A stretch of 42,115 bases of DNA from Cellvibrionales bacterium (GTDB taxonomy: Bacteria; Pseudomonadota; Gammaproteobacteria; Pseudomonadales; JAHEGP01), in contig JAHEGP010000002.1 of assembly GCA_024645065.1 (NCBI GenBank), forward strand, positions 1 through 42,115, written 5' to 3'. Of the stretch, positions 8,872 through 20,434 are shown piece by piece. The notes beneath the pieces are model-generated. The model saw only the letters and a list, made by a program, of their open reading frames with translations. It was not told the DNA's origin and ran no database searches. A program made the position numbers and the translations under genes. Positions within the stretch are counted from its first letter, which is position 1. Every line of letters begins with the position of its first letter.

Positions 8872-9666
8872 ATGACCCAGGTTACCGCACAATCACTGCT
8901 CGAGCTGAAGCGGAAGCGTGAGAAATTTGTTTGCGTGACCGCCTATGACGCGGGTTTCGCGGCCGTGATTTCCCGGGCCGGTGTTGAAACAATACTGATC
9001 GGGGACTCCCTGGGAATGGTGGTCCAGGGCCATCGCGACACACTGCCAGTATCCATGGATCACATGGTATATCACATTGAAGCGGTGAGTCGCGGCAATG
9101 CTGGCTCCCTGCTGATTGGTGACTTACCGTTCATGAGTTACTCCGATACGGAGAAAACCTTGCATAACTCGGCTCGGCTGATGCGCTCCGGGGCGCATAT
9201 GGTAAAACTCGAGGGCGGGAGCTGGCTCTGCGAGAGCATTAACAAATTGACCCAGCGTGGCATACCGGTATGCGCCCATCTGGGCTTAACTCCCCAATCA
9301 GTCAATACTCTGGGCGGCTTCAAGGTACAGGGGCGATCTGAAGCCGCTGCACGCCGAATCAGCGACGATGCCCACGAGGTGGAAGCTGCTGGTGCCAGCC
9401 TGCTGGTGCTGGAATGCATTCCGCAACAGTTGGCCGCCGCCATCAGCCGACAACTAACTATCCCTGTCATCGGCATAGGCGCCGGACCGGACACCGATGC
9501 CCAGGTACTGGTGCTGCATGACCTGCTTGGCGTCACCCCCAGTCCCCCGCGCTTCGTTAAAAACTTCATGGCCGGGCAGGATAGTGTCGAGGGCGCATTC
9601 AGGGCATTTTCGAGCGCCGTAAAAAGCGGTGAATTCCCCGCTGAGGAACACAGTTTTAATCATTGA
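8872..9666 (+). CDS. panB: 3-methyl-2-oxobutanoate hydroxymethyltransferase
   Basis: 264 aa with VTAYDAGFAAV...ILIGDSLGMVVQGH...MVKLEGG, typical of PanB. AAGGAG lies 6 nt upstream of the ATG. Confidence 0.95.
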   Translation: MTQVTAQSLLELKRKREKFVCVTAYDAGFAAVISRAGVETILIGDSLGMVVQGHRDTLPVSMDHMVYHIEAVSRGNAGSLLIGDLPFMSYSDTEKTLHNSARLMRSGAHMVKLEGGSWLCESINKLTQRGIPVCAHLGLTPQSVNTLGGFKVQGRSEAAARRISDDAHEVEAAGASLLVLECIPQQLAAAISRQLTIPVIGIGAGPDTDAQVLVLHDLLGVTPSPPRFVKNFMAGQDSVEGAFRAFSSAVKSGEFPAEEHSFNH

Positions 9667-10154
9667 CGCAAATTTGATCCCACGGCACTACCTCAGCAGA
9701 GCCCCTGGCAATGGCGGGCAAGGCGTGGTGCCGGTCAGCCAATGATTGCTCTGATTAAAGAGCGCCGCAAACCCGTCTCGGGATCACCGATGGCCCGCCC
9801 TTAAGGGCCTCTGAAGTGGCTGCTATTGGTGTACCGCAACCTGAGGTGACAGCGAGTTAATCAGGGGCTGCTCAACCGTCGTCACCGGGCAAAATAACCG
9901 TGTATGAGAAGCAGGGAAAGCAGCTGCCCCGGGGATGCAAACCCGCGCCAGGGCACAGCCTGTGCGGGGTGGCGCCCTTAGGACAGCGCTTTTGCCATGA
10001 AATTGTAACGCTTGAATTGATCCCCAACGGCAATTATTGCATACTTGCGCCGTCATGGACCGGTGAAGATCGTTGTAAGCTTGGCTAGCAAAAATTTGAG
10101 ACCCATGGGCATTACTCACCTGAGCAGGTGAATCAAAACGAGGCATCGTGTGCC

Positions 10155-11039
10155 ATGCAAACACTGACTTCTGTCGATGCACTGCGCAGAGCAGTCAACA
10201 AAGCTCGCAAAGCCGGTAAGACCATCGGTTTTGTTCCAACCATGGGTAACCTGCACGAGGGTCATCTGCAGTTACTGCGGCGCGCGAAGCATCTGACGGA
10301 TTGTGTCGTGGTCAGCATTTTCGTCAACCCGCTACAATTTGGCGCCAACGAAGATCTGGATGCCTATCCCCGTACCCTCGCCTCAGACAAGGAAAAGCTG
10401 TTCGCCGAAGGCGCAAACTTCCTGTTCGCGCCGAGTGTGGATGAGATGTATCCTGAGGGGATGCAGCCGCAAACCCGGGTTTCTGTGCCGCGGATCACCG
10501 ATACGCTGTGTGGTGCGGTAAGACCCGGGCATTTTACCGGCGTCGCCACTGTGGTTAGCAAATTGTTCAACATGGTGCAGCCTGATGTCGCCGTGTTTGG
10601 GGAGAAAGATTTTCAACAATTGATGGTCATACGCAAAATGGTCAGCGACCTGTGTATGCCGATCGACGTGGTCAGCGTGGCGACCGTGCGCGAAACTGAT
10701 GGCCTGGCGATGAGTTCGCGGAATAACTTCCTGTCGTCCAAGGAGCGCCGTGTCGCCCCCCGCTTGCACCGGATCCTGCAGGATTACCGGGAAGCTATTG
10801 CCAATGGCTTCGATGACTACCAGCATCTTGAAAAGCACGCTCTGGAAGACCTGTTGCTAACGGGATTCCAACCCGATTACGTCAGCATTCGAGATGCAGA
10901 AACCCTGGACCCCATCACCCCCGACACCGAAGCTATCGTCATCCTGGCAGCAGCGCGCCTGGGCCGAACCCGCCTTATCGACAACGTCACCTTGACCCTT
11001 AACCCCTCCGCAGACTGGGGCATGCTCGCCACCAACTGA
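10155..11039 (+). CDS. panC: Pantoate--beta-alanine ligase
   Basis: The PanC signature GFVPTMGNLHEGHLQL and the motif FGEKDFQQ are present. The ATG at 10155 (MQTLTS) is preferred over the ORF-track start at 10128. Confidence 0.92.
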   Translation: MQTLTSVDALRRAVNKARKAGKTIGFVPTMGNLHEGHLQLLRRAKHLTDCVVVSIFVNPLQFGANEDLDAYPRTLASDKEKLFAEGANFLFAPSVDEMYPEGMQPQTRVSVPRITDTLCGAVRPGHFTGVATVVSKLFNMVQPDVAVFGEKDFQQLMVIRKMVSDLCMPIDVVSVATVRETDGLAMSSRNNFLSSKERRVAPRLHRILQDYREAIANGFDDYQHLEKHALEDLLLTGFQPDYVSIRDAETLDPITPDTEAIVILAAARLGRTRLIDNVTLTLNPSADWGMLATN

Positions 11040-11170
11040 GGGCCTCATCAAGGCGTCAGACGTGCTGCACAGTCAGGAGGCCGGACAACCTGGCCGCTGG
11101 TGGCCGTGCCGACACTACCTGGGCCGTTGCAGACTCCTGTTTCCTCCGGCAGACTTTATTTTAGCCGAGC

Positions 11171-11200
11171 CAAAAAAAACCCGCGACAAGAGCGCGGGTT
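11171..11200 (-). terminator. Rho-independent terminator downstream of pnp (weakly bidirectional toward panC)
   Basis: The stem is AACCCGCG / CGCGGGTT with a 7-nt loop. On the minus strand it is followed by a T8 run. Confidence 0.6.
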
Positions 11201-11251
11201 TGAATGTTCGGGCTGCACAGTTCCTGCTGCTCCAGCCCGCGCGAAGCTAAA

Positions 11252-13366
11252 TCAAGCCTCGCTGGTCTGGGCTTGCGCATCCGAATCAGAAACTTCCTTC
11301 ATCGACAGCTTGATTCGACCACGACCGTCGACATCCAATACCTTCACCTTAACTTCCTGTCCTTCAGTGAGGTAGTCAGATACCTTCTCGATCCGCTCCT
11401 GGGCAATCTGGGAAATATGCACCAGCCCGTCCTTGCCCGGCAGGATATTGACGAAGGCGCCAAAGTCGACGATGCGAGCGACCACGCCGTTGTAAACCGC
11501 ACCGACCTCGGCTTCCGCGGTGATCGACTCAACTTCGCCTTTCGCCAGCGCCAGCGACTCGGAGTTGGGGGCGTAAATACGCACGGTGCCATCATCGTCG
11601 ATATCGATCTGGGCACCACTTTTTTCAGTGATCCCGCGAATTACAGCGCCACCCGGGCCTATGATATCCCGAATCTTGTCCTTGTCGATTTTAATAGAAA
11701 CCATCCGCGGCGCGGTCTCGGCAACGTCGGCGCGAGACGCCGACAACACGCGGTTCATCTCACCGAGGATGTGCAGCCGCGCCTGCTGTGCCTGCTCCAG
11801 CGCGCGCTCCATGATTTGCTCGTTGATGCCTTCTATCTTGATGTCCATCTGCAGAGCTGTCACGCCCTCGGCGGTACCGGCAACTTTAAAGTCCATATCA
11901 CCGAGATGGTCTTCATCACCAAGAATATCGGTCAACACCGAAAAGCGATCGCCTTCCTTGACCAGGCCCATCGCAATACCGGCTACGGGTGCTTTCAGGG
12001 GGACACCCGCGTCCATCATTGCCAGGCTGGCGCCGCAAACGCTGGCCATGGAACTGGAGCCGTTGGACTCAGTGATCTCCGACACGATGCGAATGGTGTA
12101 GGGAAAGTCTTCCGCGCTGGGCAGGACTGCGGCGACTCCACGCCGGGCGAGGCGCCCGTGGCCAACCTCACGACGACTGGTAAAGCCCACCCTGCCGGCC
12201 TCTCCCACCGAGTACGGCGGGAAGTTGTAGTGCAGCATGAAGTTGTCCTTGCGCTCTCCCTCGAGGGCGTCGATAAACTGCGCGTCCCGGGAACTCCCCA
12301 GGGTCGCGACTGCGATGGCCTGGGTCTCGCCGCGAGTAAACAGCGCTGAGCCGTGGGTGCGGGGCAGGATACCAGTCTCTATCATAATGGGGCGCACCGT
12401 CTGGTTATCGCGACCATCAATACGCGTCTCGCCATTGAGAATCCGGCGGCGCACGATCTTGCTCTCCAGGCTTTTGAACAGCTCCTTGACTTCGTCCGCA
12501 GACACTTCACCGTCGGCCGGCGCCAATGCCGCCGCGGCATCGTCCTTGACCCGGGAAAGGGCCTCATAGCGCTGCATTTTGTCGGTAATGCGATAGGCTT
12601 CTCCGACGGCTTCGCCGAAGCCGTTTTCCAGCGCGTCGATCAACGCGGTGTTTTCCGCCACTTCCCCCAGCTCCCAGCGTGGCTTGCCGACTTCACTGGC
12701 CAACTCCTTGATCGCCTGGATCGCCACCTGCATTTCCTGCTGGGCAAACAATACCGCTCCCAACATCTGGTCTTCAGTCAGCTCCTTTGCCTCGGACTCG
12801 ACCATCAGCACTGCATGTTCGGTACCGGCCACCACCATGTCCAGATGGGAGTCGGCCAGCTCACTGAATGTGGGATTGAGGAGATAGCCGCTGTCAGCCG
12901 TAAAGCCAACCCTGGCCGCCCCTATCGGGCCATTAAAGGGAATGCCGGAAATCGCGAGCGCGGCAGAAGTGCCGAGCATCGCAATGATATCGGGATCAAT
13001 ATCGGATTCCGCGGACAGTACCGTAATAATAACCTGCACTTCGTTCTTGAAGCCCGCCGGGAACAGAGGACGAATGGGCCTATCGATTAAGCGCGAGGTC
13101 AGGGTTTCCTTTTCGCTCGGGCGCGCTTCGCGCTTGAAAAAGCCGCCGGGAATACGACCCGCGGCATAGGTTTTTTCCTGGTAATGAACTGCCAGCGGGA
13201 AAAAGTCCTGGCCCGGTTTAGCGGTCCTTGCACCCACTACTGTCGCCAGTACCACTGTATCGTCCATGCTGGCCAATACCGCACCGCTCGCCTGGCGCGC
13301 TATCCTGCCCGTTTCCAGGGTAACGGTGTGTTTGCCGTAATTAAATTTTTTGATAACAGGATTCAC
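11252..13366 (-). CDS. pnp: Polyribonucleotide nucleotidyltransferase (PNPase)
   Basis: 704 aa. It has two RNase PH-like halves, a KH domain and an S1 domain ([33 protein letters not shown]). It lies downstream of rpsO. Confidence 0.97.
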   Translation of the reverse strand: MNPVIKKFNYGKHTVTLETGRIARQASGAVLASMDDTVVLATVVGARTAKPGQDFFPLAVHYQEKTYAAGRIPGGFFKREARPSEKETLTSRLIDRPIRPLFPAGFKNEVQVIITVLSAESDIDPDIIAMLGTSAALAISGIPFNGPIGAARVGFTADSGYLLNPTFSELADSHLDMVVAGTEHAVLMVESEAKELTEDQMLGAVLFAQQEMQVAIQAIKELASEVGKPRWELGEVAENTALIDALENGFGEAVGEAYRITDKMQRYEALSRVKDDAAAALAPADGEVSADEVKELFKSLESKIVRRRILNGETRIDGRDNQTVRPIMIETGILPRTHGSALFTRGETQAIAVATLGSSRDAQFIDALEGERKDNFMLHYNFPPYSVGEAGRVGFTSRREVGHGRLARRGVAAVLPSAEDFPYTIRIVSEITESNGSSSMASVCGASLAMMDAGVPLKAPVAGIAMGLVKEGDRFSVLTDILGDEDHLGDMDFKVAGTAEGVTALQMDIKIEGINEQIMERALEQAQQARLHILGEMNRVLSASRADVAETAPRMVSIKIDKDKIRDIIGPGGAVIRGITEKSGAQIDIDDDGTVRIYAPNSESLALAKGEVESITAEAEVGAVYNGVVARIVDFGAFVNILPGKDGLVHISQIAQERIEKVSDYLTEGQEVKVKVLDVDGRGRIKLSMKEVSDSDAQAQTSEA

Positions 13367-13430
13367 AAATAATGCCTCCGAAAAAATTGATCAATGCACC
13401 CCCAGCCCCATTGCCGGGGAGCACCTGCAA

Positions 13431-13700
13431 TTAGCGACGTAAACCCAGACGCTTGATCAACTCGGCGTAGCGGTTGGCATCCTTACGCTTGAGGTAGTCG
13501 AGTAATTTACGACGCTGGTTAACCATGCGAATCAGCCCCCGACGGGAATGGTGATCCTTGGCATGGCCCTTGAAGTGACCTTGCAGTTTATTGATGTTCG
13601 CGCTCAACAGGGCAACCTGCACTTCCGGAGATCCGGTATCGCCTTCCGCCTGTTGGTAATCTTTAACGATGTCTGCTTTTTCTTGCGCTGATAATGCCAT
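13431..13700 (-). CDS. rpsO: 30S ribosomal protein S15
   Basis: 89 aa: [12 protein letters not shown]...[21 protein letters not shown]...HHSRRGL, the canonical S15 sequence. Confidence 0.97.
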   Translation of the reverse strand: MALSAQEKADIVKDYQQAEGDTGSPEVQVALLSANINKLQGHFKGHAKDHHSRRGLIRMVNQRRKLLDYLKRKDANRYAELIKRLGLRR

Positions 13701-13754
13701 TTTTTCCTCCAGTCAATATGCGTAAGTTAACTAACCCAGATGATCCACGCATAC

Positions 13755-14735
13755 TTACAGATCACCTGCCTTCAAAGCATCGGTGTCTACCATCAAGCGA
13801 CGTGGCGCTAGCCGCCCGTCATCCAGTATTTCACCGACGCCGAGAAATTCTCCGCCGTCCTCTACAATGCGAACCCACCCAGCGGTGGGCATATTGGCCG
13901 CCAGCACCGCCTGGCCCTGGCGCAAATAATGGCTGCTGAGCTCGGGCAACACGACAGTGGGCATGCCCTTGATAGCGCTGTCCACCGGCAACAACAGGTT
14001 TCGCATTGGCAAGCAATCCTGCTGAGCCGCAAGTTGTTCCAGGCTCTCCAGATCGACGCTATGTTGCAGCGTGAAAGGCCCGGAGCGAGTGCGACGCAGT
14101 TCACTGACGTGGCCACCACAACCGAGCGCGGCGCCGATATCCTGCGCCAGCGAGCGAATGTAGGTGCCCTTGGAGCAGCGAACACGAACCTTTAGCTGCC
14201 CCTGCTCTGCAGCGCTGTAATCTATCAATTCAAAACTGTGTATCGTAACCCGTCGCACCTTGCGCTCAACTTCAACGCCGGCCCGAGCCAGTTGGTAAAG
14301 CGGCCTGCCCTGGTGCTTTAACGCCGAATACATCGGCGGCGTTTGCTCAATTTCACCGCGGAAGCCCGACAGCAACTGTTCTATTTGCTGTCGGCTGACC
14401 CCGGCTGCACTACTGCGTTCCAGTACCTCGCCCTGGGCATCTGCGGTACTGGTGGTGACGCCGAGCACAAAGGTGCTGTCGTATTCCTTGTCTGCATCGA
14501 GCAGAAACCTCGACAGTTTGGTCGCCTCGCCAAAACAGAGCGGTAAAACTCCCGTGGCGAGGGGATCAAGGCTGCCGGTATGACCAGCCTTGGCTGCTCC
14601 AAACGCGCGTTTCGCCCGCTGCAGGCAAGCGTTCGAGGTCATTCCGCCGGGCTTATCCAGTACCAATACCCCGTCGACAGCGCGACCCTTGCGGCGCCTT
14701 GCCACCCTAGTCCCCGCGCCCTTCTGTGTCGTCAT
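13755..14735 (-). CDS. truB: tRNA pseudouridine(55) synthase
   Basis: The catalytic-Asp motif GVLVLDKPGGMTS...GHTGSLDPLATGVLPLCFGEATK is present, with a C-terminal PUA-like region. It overlaps the rbfA 3' end by 29 nt. Confidence 0.93.
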   Translation of the reverse strand: MTTQKGAGTRVARRRKGRAVDGVLVLDKPGGMTSNACLQRAKRAFGAAKAGHTGSLDPLATGVLPLCFGEATKLSRFLLDADKEYDSTFVLGVTTSTADAQGEVLERSSAAGVSRQQIEQLLSGFRGEIEQTPPMYSALKHQGRPLYQLARAGVEVERKVRRVTIHSFELIDYSAAEQGQLKVRVRCSKGTYIRSLAQDIGAALGCGGHVSELRRTRSGPFTLQHSVDLESLEQLAAQQDCLPMRNLLLPVDSAIKGMPTVVLPELSSHYLRQGQAVLAANMPTAGWVRIVEDGGEFLGVGEILDDGRLAPRRLMVDTDALKAGDL

Positions 14736-15108
14736 CCTTGTGCATCGCCTGATCGGTCGCCACCGCCCGGTCGATCAAGCTGGAAAGTTGCTGGCCGCGC
14801 AGTACGCTGCTATCGAAGACGAAGCTCAGGCGGGGCGTTGTGCGCATGGTACTCGACCGCGCCAACTGGCTACGCAGAAACCCCGCAGCATCGTTGAGCA
14901 CCCCAAGGGCCTCTTCAGCCTGTTCCGCATCGTCTTTTCCCATGACCGTCACGAATACCCTGGCGTGTGCCAGATCGCGACTCACCTCGACATCGTTCAC
15001 CATGACCATTCCAATCCTGGGATCGCGCATCTCCCGCTGGATAAAAGAAGCGATGTCTCGACGCAGTGCATCGGCGACCCGCTGCTGGCGACTATAGTCT
15101 TTGGGCAT
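14707..15108 (-). CDS. rbfA: Ribosome-binding factor A
   Basis: 133 aa: RQQRVADALRRDIASFIQREMRDPRIGMVMVNDVEVSRDLAHARVFV. It lies between infB and truB. Confidence 0.93.
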   Translation of the reverse strand: MPKDYSRQQRVADALRRDIASFIQREMRDPRIGMVMVNDVEVSRDLAHARVFVTVMGKDDAEQAEEALGVLNDAAGFLRSQLARSSTMRTTPRLSFVFDSSVLRGQQLSSLIDRAVATDQAMHKDDDTEGRGD

Positions 15109-15140
15109 ACCCGAGCTACCTGTCCTTGCGCCCCGCGCGT

Positions 15141-17972
15141 CTAAAGTGTGCGAGCCACTTCATGGGTATCGAATACTTCAATTTGATCGCCCGGACGTAC
15201 GTCGTTGTAGTTTTTAACCCCGATGCCGCACTCGGATCCCGAGCGAACATCGTTCACGTCGTCCTTGAATCGACGCAGGGATTCCAGCTCACCCTCATAA
15301 ATCACGACATCATCGCGCAGCACGCGAATTGGCTTATTGCGGTGAACGGTACCTTCAGTCACCATGCAGCCGGCTACCTGGCCATACTTGGGCGAATTGA
15401 ACACCTCGCGCACCTCGGCGATGCCCACGATCTCCTCACGCATTTCGGGTGCCAGCATCCCCGTCAGGGCATGCTTGACGTCGTCAATCAGGTCGTAGAT
15501 CACGCTGTAATAGCGTAGATCGACCGCCTCCGCCTCTACCAGCCTGCGCGCTGCGCCATCGGCGCGTACATTAAAGCCGAAGACCACAGCCCTGGAGGTG
15601 ATTGCCAGGTTGATATCCGTTTCGGCAATACCGCCGACCCCCTCAGAGACGACATTAACCTGCACTTCTTCATTGCCGACATCGGCCAGCGCTGCAACGA
15701 TTGCTTCCAGTGATCCACGAACGTCCGCCTTGACGACAACGTTCAGGACCTTTTTCTCTCCGGCGGTCATGTCACTGAACATACTGTCGAGCTTGGCAGC
15801 CTGCTGGCGCGCCATGCGTGCTTCTCGCTGCCGTGTATAGCGATACGCCGCCACTTCCCGGGCCCGCCTCTCATTTTCCAGCACCACGAAGTCTTCGCCA
15901 GCCTCCGGGGTACCATCAAGGCCCAGTATCTGCACCGGAATCGAAGGGGTCGCAGTGTTCACAGGCTTCCCGTTTTCATCCAGCATTGCCCTGATGCGAC
16001 CATACTGAACACCGGCCAACACGACATCGCCAGCCCGCAGGGTACCGCTTTGCACCAGCACCGAAGCCACCGGGCCCCGACCTTTATCCAGTCGAGACTC
16101 GATTACAATGCCCTTGGCCGGGATATCGGCAGCAGCCTTGAGCTCGAGGATCTCGGCCTGCAACAAAATGGCATCCAGCAAATCATCGATGCCCAGGCCG
16201 GTGTGCGCGGAAACCTCCACAAACTGCGTGTCACCGCCCCAGTCTTCCGGGATGACTCCCTTGGCGGATAATTCGTTCTTGACTCGATCGACGTCGGCAC
16301 CTTCCTTATCCATTTTGTTGATCGCCACGATCAACGGCACCTCGGCGGCCCGGGCATGCTGGATCGCTTCAACGGTCTGCGGCATAACGCCGTCATCGGC
16401 GGCCACCACCAGGATCACCAGGTCGGTACTTTTCGCTCCCCGTGCCCGCATCGCAGTGAACGCCGCGTGCCCTGGAGTATCGAGAAAAGTAACCATGCCG
16501 CGCTCGGTTTCGACGTGGTATGCGCCGATATGCTGGGTAATGCCGCCAGCCTCCCCGGAAGCTACCTTGGCTTTGCGAATATAATCCAGCAGCGAGGTTT
16601 TGCCATGATCAACATGGCCCATTACCGTCACCACCGGAGCGCGTGTCTCCAGTGTGCCACCGATATGCTCGAGGCTTTCCTCGAGGCTCTCCTCCACCGC
16701 ATTCGCACTCACAGGTCGAGCGTTGTGGCCCAACTCTTCGACCACCAGGGTCGCGGTATCCTGGTCAAGGGGTTGGTTGATCGAGGCCATGGTGCCCATT
16801 CCCATCAACACTTTGATAACAACACTGGCCTTGACTGCCATACGCTGTGCAAGTTCACCAACGGTGATGGCTTCCGGAATCTCTACCGTGTGCATTTTTT
16901 TCTCGACGGGCTTTTCAAACCCATGTTTAGCGTGCTCAGGATGAGCCGCCTTCTTGTTTTTGCGACGTCCACCCCTGGACAGCAGGCCATCACCTTCCTC
17001 TTCATATTCATCCAGCAACTCGACATGTGCGGCATGGCTCTTGGAACGCGCAAGCCCCCCGTCATCACGTCGCTTGATACCACCAGTTTTGCGTGGCCGC
17101 TGCTCTTCATCCAGCCCCAGGGACTTTTGTTTCTTTTTCTTGCCCAAGGACTTTTTGGCCGCATCGGTGACCTCTGCCACCTCGACATCCGCAACTGAAG
17201 CGGGCACTGGCTCCCGCTGTTTGCGCCGCGCCAGCTCCTGCTTTTCCTGCTCTTCCCTTTGCTTTTTCTCTGCCAGGATGCGTTCTCGCTGCTGACGCTC
17301 TTCGTCAACCTGACGCTGGCGTCGCTCTGCGGCGGCACGACGAGCAGCCTCCGGATCAAAGACATCCCCGGAGTCCTCTTCAGGCTCCAGCACCATTTCT
17401 TCTTCAAGCGGTTTTGCAGCCAGACCTGCGCTTACCCCAGGCTCCGGCTCTGCCGGTGCCTCAGCCTCAGCCTCGGCCTCGGCCTCAACCGGAGCAGCGG
17501 GCTCAGCCGGGGTTGGCACGGCAACCTCAGCAGCTTCGGGCTTGGTCTCGACGCTCACTTCGGCACTCGACGGCGCCTCGGGCGCAGCCTCTGCCGGCTC
17601 GATGGCAGCCTCGGCTTCTGCTGCAAGTTTCGCCGCCTCACGCTCAGCCTGCTCGGCCAACTCCACCGGATCACGTTTGATATAAGTGCGTTTTTTACGC
17701 ACCTCGACGCTTACCGCCTTCTTCCCCTGGGACTTGGGCGACCTGAGAGTACTAATGGTTTTACGCTTAAGCGTAATCCGCTTGGGGCTACCGGAAGCTG
17801 ACGTATCCCCGTGACTATTCTTGAGATGCGCCAGCAAAACCTTTTTGTCCTCTTCGGATACAACCTGTTCAGCACTGCCATGGCTCAACCCGGCATCGCG
17901 CATCTGCTTGAGCAGCCGCTCTACCGGGGTGCCAACTACATCGGCCAGTTCTGTTACAGTCACATCTGACAT
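15141..17972 (-). CDS. infB: Translation initiation factor IF-2
   Basis: 943 aa. The N-terminus is charged and low-complexity. The GTPase domain carries [21 protein letters not shown] and NKMD. Confidence 0.97.
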   Translation of the reverse strand: MSDVTVTELADVVGTPVERLLKQMRDAGLSHGSAEQVVSEEDKKVLLAHLKNSHGDTSASGSPKRITLKRKTISTLRSPKSQGKKAVSVEVRKKRTYIKRDPVELAEQAEREAAKLAAEAEAAIEPAEAAPEAPSSAEVSVETKPEAAEVAVPTPAEPAAPVEAEAEAEAEAPAEPEPGVSAGLAAKPLEEEMVLEPEEDSGDVFDPEAARRAAAERRQRQVDEERQQRERILAEKKQREEQEKQELARRKQREPVPASVADVEVAEVTDAAKKSLGKKKKQKSLGLDEEQRPRKTGGIKRRDDGGLARSKSHAAHVELLDEYEEEGDGLLSRGGRRKNKKAAHPEHAKHGFEKPVEKKMHTVEIPEAITVGELAQRMAVKASVVIKVLMGMGTMASINQPLDQDTATLVVEELGHNARPVSANAVEESLEESLEHIGGTLETRAPVVTVMGHVDHGKTSLLDYIRKAKVASGEAGGITQHIGAYHVETERGMVTFLDTPGHAAFTAMRARGAKSTDLVILVVAADDGVMPQTVEAIQHARAAEVPLIVAINKMDKEGADVDRVKNELSAKGVIPEDWGGDTQFVEVSAHTGLGIDDLLDAILLQAEILELKAAADIPAKGIVIESRLDKGRGPVASVLVQSGTLRAGDVVLAGVQYGRIRAMLDENGKPVNTATPSIPVQILGLDGTPEAGEDFVVLENERRAREVAAYRYTRQREARMARQQAAKLDSMFSDMTAGEKKVLNVVVKADVRGSLEAIVAALADVGNEEVQVNVVSEGVGGIAETDINLAITSRAVVFGFNVRADGAARRLVEAEAVDLRYYSVIYDLIDDVKHALTGMLAPEMREEIVGIAEVREVFNSPKYGQVAGCMVTEGTVHRNKPIRVLRDDVVIYEGELESLRRFKDDVNDVRSGSECGIGVKNYNDVRPGDQIEVFDTHEVARTL

Positions 17973-18006
17973 GCAATATCTCCTGTATCCCGTCGCTGGT
18001 TACAAA

Positions 18007-19500
18007 CTACTCCCCCTGTTCTTCGAACCAGGGAGCGCGAGCGGTCATAATTAATTGTGCGGCGCGTTCTTCATCCATGCTCTCGACTTCAAGCAATTCC
18101 TCTATTGATTGCTCGGCGAGGTCTTCCATGGTGACAATGCCGCGGCTTGCCAGCACAAAGGCCAAGTGCCTGTCCATTCCTTCCATTGCCAGCAGGTCTT
18201 CGGCCGGTTCGGCCGCCTCGAGTTTTTCTTCACTGGCTATGGCCTGGGTCAACAGGGCATCCTTGGCCCTGGCACGCAATTCTTCTGCAATATCTTCATC
18301 AAAGGCTTCTATTTGTAACAACTCGCCGAGGGGCACGTAGGCTACCTCTTCCACCGAGGTGAAACCCTCTTCGGCCAAAATGATCGCCACATCTTCATCG
18401 ACATCCAGAGCTTCCATAAACGTGTGGACAATTTCACCCGACTCTTGCTCGAGCTTGGCCGCTGCTGCCTCAACGCTCATCACGTTGATGGCCCAGCCGG
18501 TCAGTTCGCTGGCAAGCCTTACATTCTGGCCGCTGCGCCCGATCGCCTGAGCCAGATTGTCTTCTGCCACAGCGACATCCATGGTACGGGAATCCTCATC
18601 GACGACGATCGATTCCACTTCAGCCGGTGCCATCGCATTGATCACCAACTGGGCGGGGTTGTCGTCCCAGACGATAATATCAACCCGCTCATTATTGAGC
18701 TCGTTGGACACCGCCTGTACCCGGGAGCCGCCCATACCGACGCAAGCACCAACGGGATCGATACGCCCGTCGTTGGTCTTGACTGCAATTTTTGCGCGCG
18801 ACCCGGCGTCCCGGGCAGCAGCGCGAATCTCTATGATTTGCTCAGCGATTTCCGGAACCTCGATGCGAAACAGCTCGATGAGTATTTCATTGCAGGCCCT
18901 GCTCAACAGCAGCTGGGGCCCGCGCGCGTCGGGGTTGATCTCCATCAGGATAGCGCGCACTCGGTCGTTGACGCGATACACTTCGCGACCTACGGTTTCT
19001 TCCCGCGGCATAATCGCCTCCGCGTTACCACCCAGATCAACAATAATGTTGTCACGGGTCACCCGCTTAACCGTTCCGCTCAGCAACTGGCCGACCTTGC
19101 CGCGGTATTCTTCCACCACTTTGGCCCGCTCGGCCTCGCGCACCTTGTGCACGATGACCTGCTTGGCAGTCTGCGCGGCAATTCGCCCGAACTCGACGTT
19201 CTCAACTTGCTCCTCGTAAACATCGCCAGGCTTGAGGTTCGAATCTTTCTCGTGGGCCTCCTCCAGGGTAAACTGGGTGCCAAGCAAAGCCAGGGTGTCG
19301 TCATCGACCACTTCCCAGCACCGCCAGGTCTTGTAGTCGCCGGTCTCCCGGTCGATCAAGACCCGCATATCGGCATCTTCTTCGTAGCGTTTCTTTGCCG
19401 CCATCGCCAGCGCAGCCTCCAGCGCTTCGAAGATCACTTCCTCGGAAACGCCCTTCTCATTCGAAACCGCCTCTGCAACCAGCAGAATTTCCTTACCCAT
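18007..19500 (-). CDS. nusA: Transcription termination/antitermination factor NusA
   Basis: The start is taken at MGKEILLVAEAVSNEKGV (ATG 19500). It has S1, KH1/KH2 and two acidic C-terminal repeats. It lies in the canonical rimP-nusA-infB order. Confidence 0.95.
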   Translation of the reverse strand: MGKEILLVAEAVSNEKGVSEEVIFEALEAALAMAAKKRYEEDADMRVLIDRETGDYKTWRCWEVVDDDTLALLGTQFTLEEAHEKDSNLKPGDVYEEQVENVEFGRIAAQTAKQVIVHKVREAERAKVVEEYRGKVGQLLSGTVKRVTRDNIIVDLGGNAEAIMPREETVGREVYRVNDRVRAILMEINPDARGPQLLLSRACNEILIELFRIEVPEIAEQIIEIRAAARDAGSRAKIAVKTNDGRIDPVGACVGMGGSRVQAVSNELNNERVDIIVWDDNPAQLVINAMAPAEVESIVVDEDSRTMDVAVAEDNLAQAIGRSGQNVRLASELTGWAINVMSVEAAAAKLEQESGEIVHTFMEALDVDEDVAIILAEEGFTSVEEVAYVPLGELLQIEAFDEDIAEELRARAKDALLTQAIASEEKLEAAEPAEDLLAMEGMDRHLAFVLASRGIVTMEDLAEQSIEELLEVESMDEERAAQLIMTARAPWFEEQGE

Positions 19501-19548
19501 AGTAAGCTCCGACCACTTGTTTCCACCGCATGCTCGCACGCATGCCTT

Positions 19549-20028
19549 TCAAGCCTTTCCCTGCGCCGGTTGCCCGACAATATTCGCACGTTCAATACTC
19601 TCCAGCGGCAACAGGTATTCCTCGTCCCCGACGATCAGGGACACCTCACCATCATCAACTCCACCCAACACTCCGCTAAAGCGGCGCTGTCCCTCAAACG
19701 GATAGCGCAAACGCAGCTTGACGGGGTAGCCGATGTAAAGCTGGTACTGCTCCGGCGTATACAGGTTTCTGTCAAGCCCTGGAGACGAGACTTCAAGGGT
19801 GAACTCCCCTCGAATCGGCTCGTCCACATCAAGCACACTGCTTACCTGCCGACTTACCCGCGCACAATCCTCGACGCTGACGCCCTCTGGCCCATCGATA
19901 AACACCTGCAGTAGCGCGGTTTTACCTCCAGTCTTGTACTCAAGGCCCCACAGCTGGAAGCCCACGGCTCTTACTGCGGGTTCAATCAGCGCATGCAATT
20001 GCGCAGTTCTAACCACCAAAGTCGCCAC
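19549..20028 (-). CDS. rimP: Ribosome maturation factor RimP (start uncertain: GTG 20028 preferred, ATG 20082 possible)
   Basis: The LEVSSPGLDR motif is present. With the GTG start the length is about 159 aa, matching E. coli RimP. It lies immediately upstream of nusA. Confidence 0.85.
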   Translation of the reverse strand: MATLVVRTAQLHALIEPAVRAVGFQLWGLEYKTGGKTALLQVFIDGPEGVSVEDCARVSRQVSSVLDVDEPIRGEFTLEVSSPGLDRNLYTPEQYQLYIGYPVKLRLRYPFEGQRRFSGVLGGVDDGEVSLIVGDEEYLLPLESIERANIVGQPAQGKA

Positions 20029-20090
20029 CTGCCATTGACGCAAGCAATAAAAAAGGGCGCATGGCCCACTGAGTCTCGCCACCCCTCGTA

Positions 20091-20120
20091 AACAAAAAAG
20101 CCCCTTCAGGAGGGGCTTTT
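20091..20120 (-). terminator. Intrinsic terminator/attenuator between tRNA-fMet and rimP
   Basis: The minus strand reads AAAAGCCCCT-CCTGA-AGGGGCTTTTTTGTT, a GC-rich stem plus a T run. This is analogous to the terminator after metY in the E. coli metY-nusA-infB operon. Confidence 0.6.
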
Positions 20121-20176
20121 AAGAACGAGTGTGCGATGCCACACCCGGCAGGCATAAAACACTTGGCCTGCTGTAT

Positions 20177-20253
<77 letters not shown>

Positions 20254-20309
20254 TCAAAGCTTCTCCTGTTTTGCACCGCTTTTGGGGCGGTCCTGATCAG
20301 GGAGGGCAA

Positions 20310-20338
20310 ATTATAGGGACGAGCACCGTCGCGGTCAA
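20310..20338 (-). promoter_or_regulatory. Sigma70 promoter for the metY-rimP-nusA-infB operon
   Basis: The minus strand reads TTGACC (20338-20333), a 17-nt spacer, then TATAAT (20315-20310). It lies about 57 nt upstream of the mature tRNA 5' end. Confidence 0.55.
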
Positions 20339-20434
20339 GGGGCGCGACAAGAGTTTTCCACAGCAGGGGCGCTTTAACCGAAGCACGGCAGCAGGCAATG
20401 GCAATCCCCGGACGACACCAGCCATCGTTTTGCT

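Noticed and set aside
17455-17495. A GCCTCA/GCCTCG hexamer tandem repeat inside infB, encoding [10 protein letters not shown].
   Set aside because: Low-complexity Ala/Glu/Pro repeats in the IF-2 N-terminal region are common and variable. The repeat is in frame and within a clearly intact gene.
18424-19914. Very long antisense ORFs: 496 aa opposite nusA/rimP; 381 aa at 11204-12349 opposite pnp; 344 aa at 25346-26380 opposite recQ; 380 aa at 38195-39337 opposite the TonB receptor; 340 aa at 32097-33119.
   Set aside because: Each lies antisense to a gene with unmistakable family motifs. Their translations are Arg/Gly/His/Leu-rich with no recognisable domains. Some run across intergenic regions. 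Stop-poor antisense frames like these are expected in GC-rich coding DNA.
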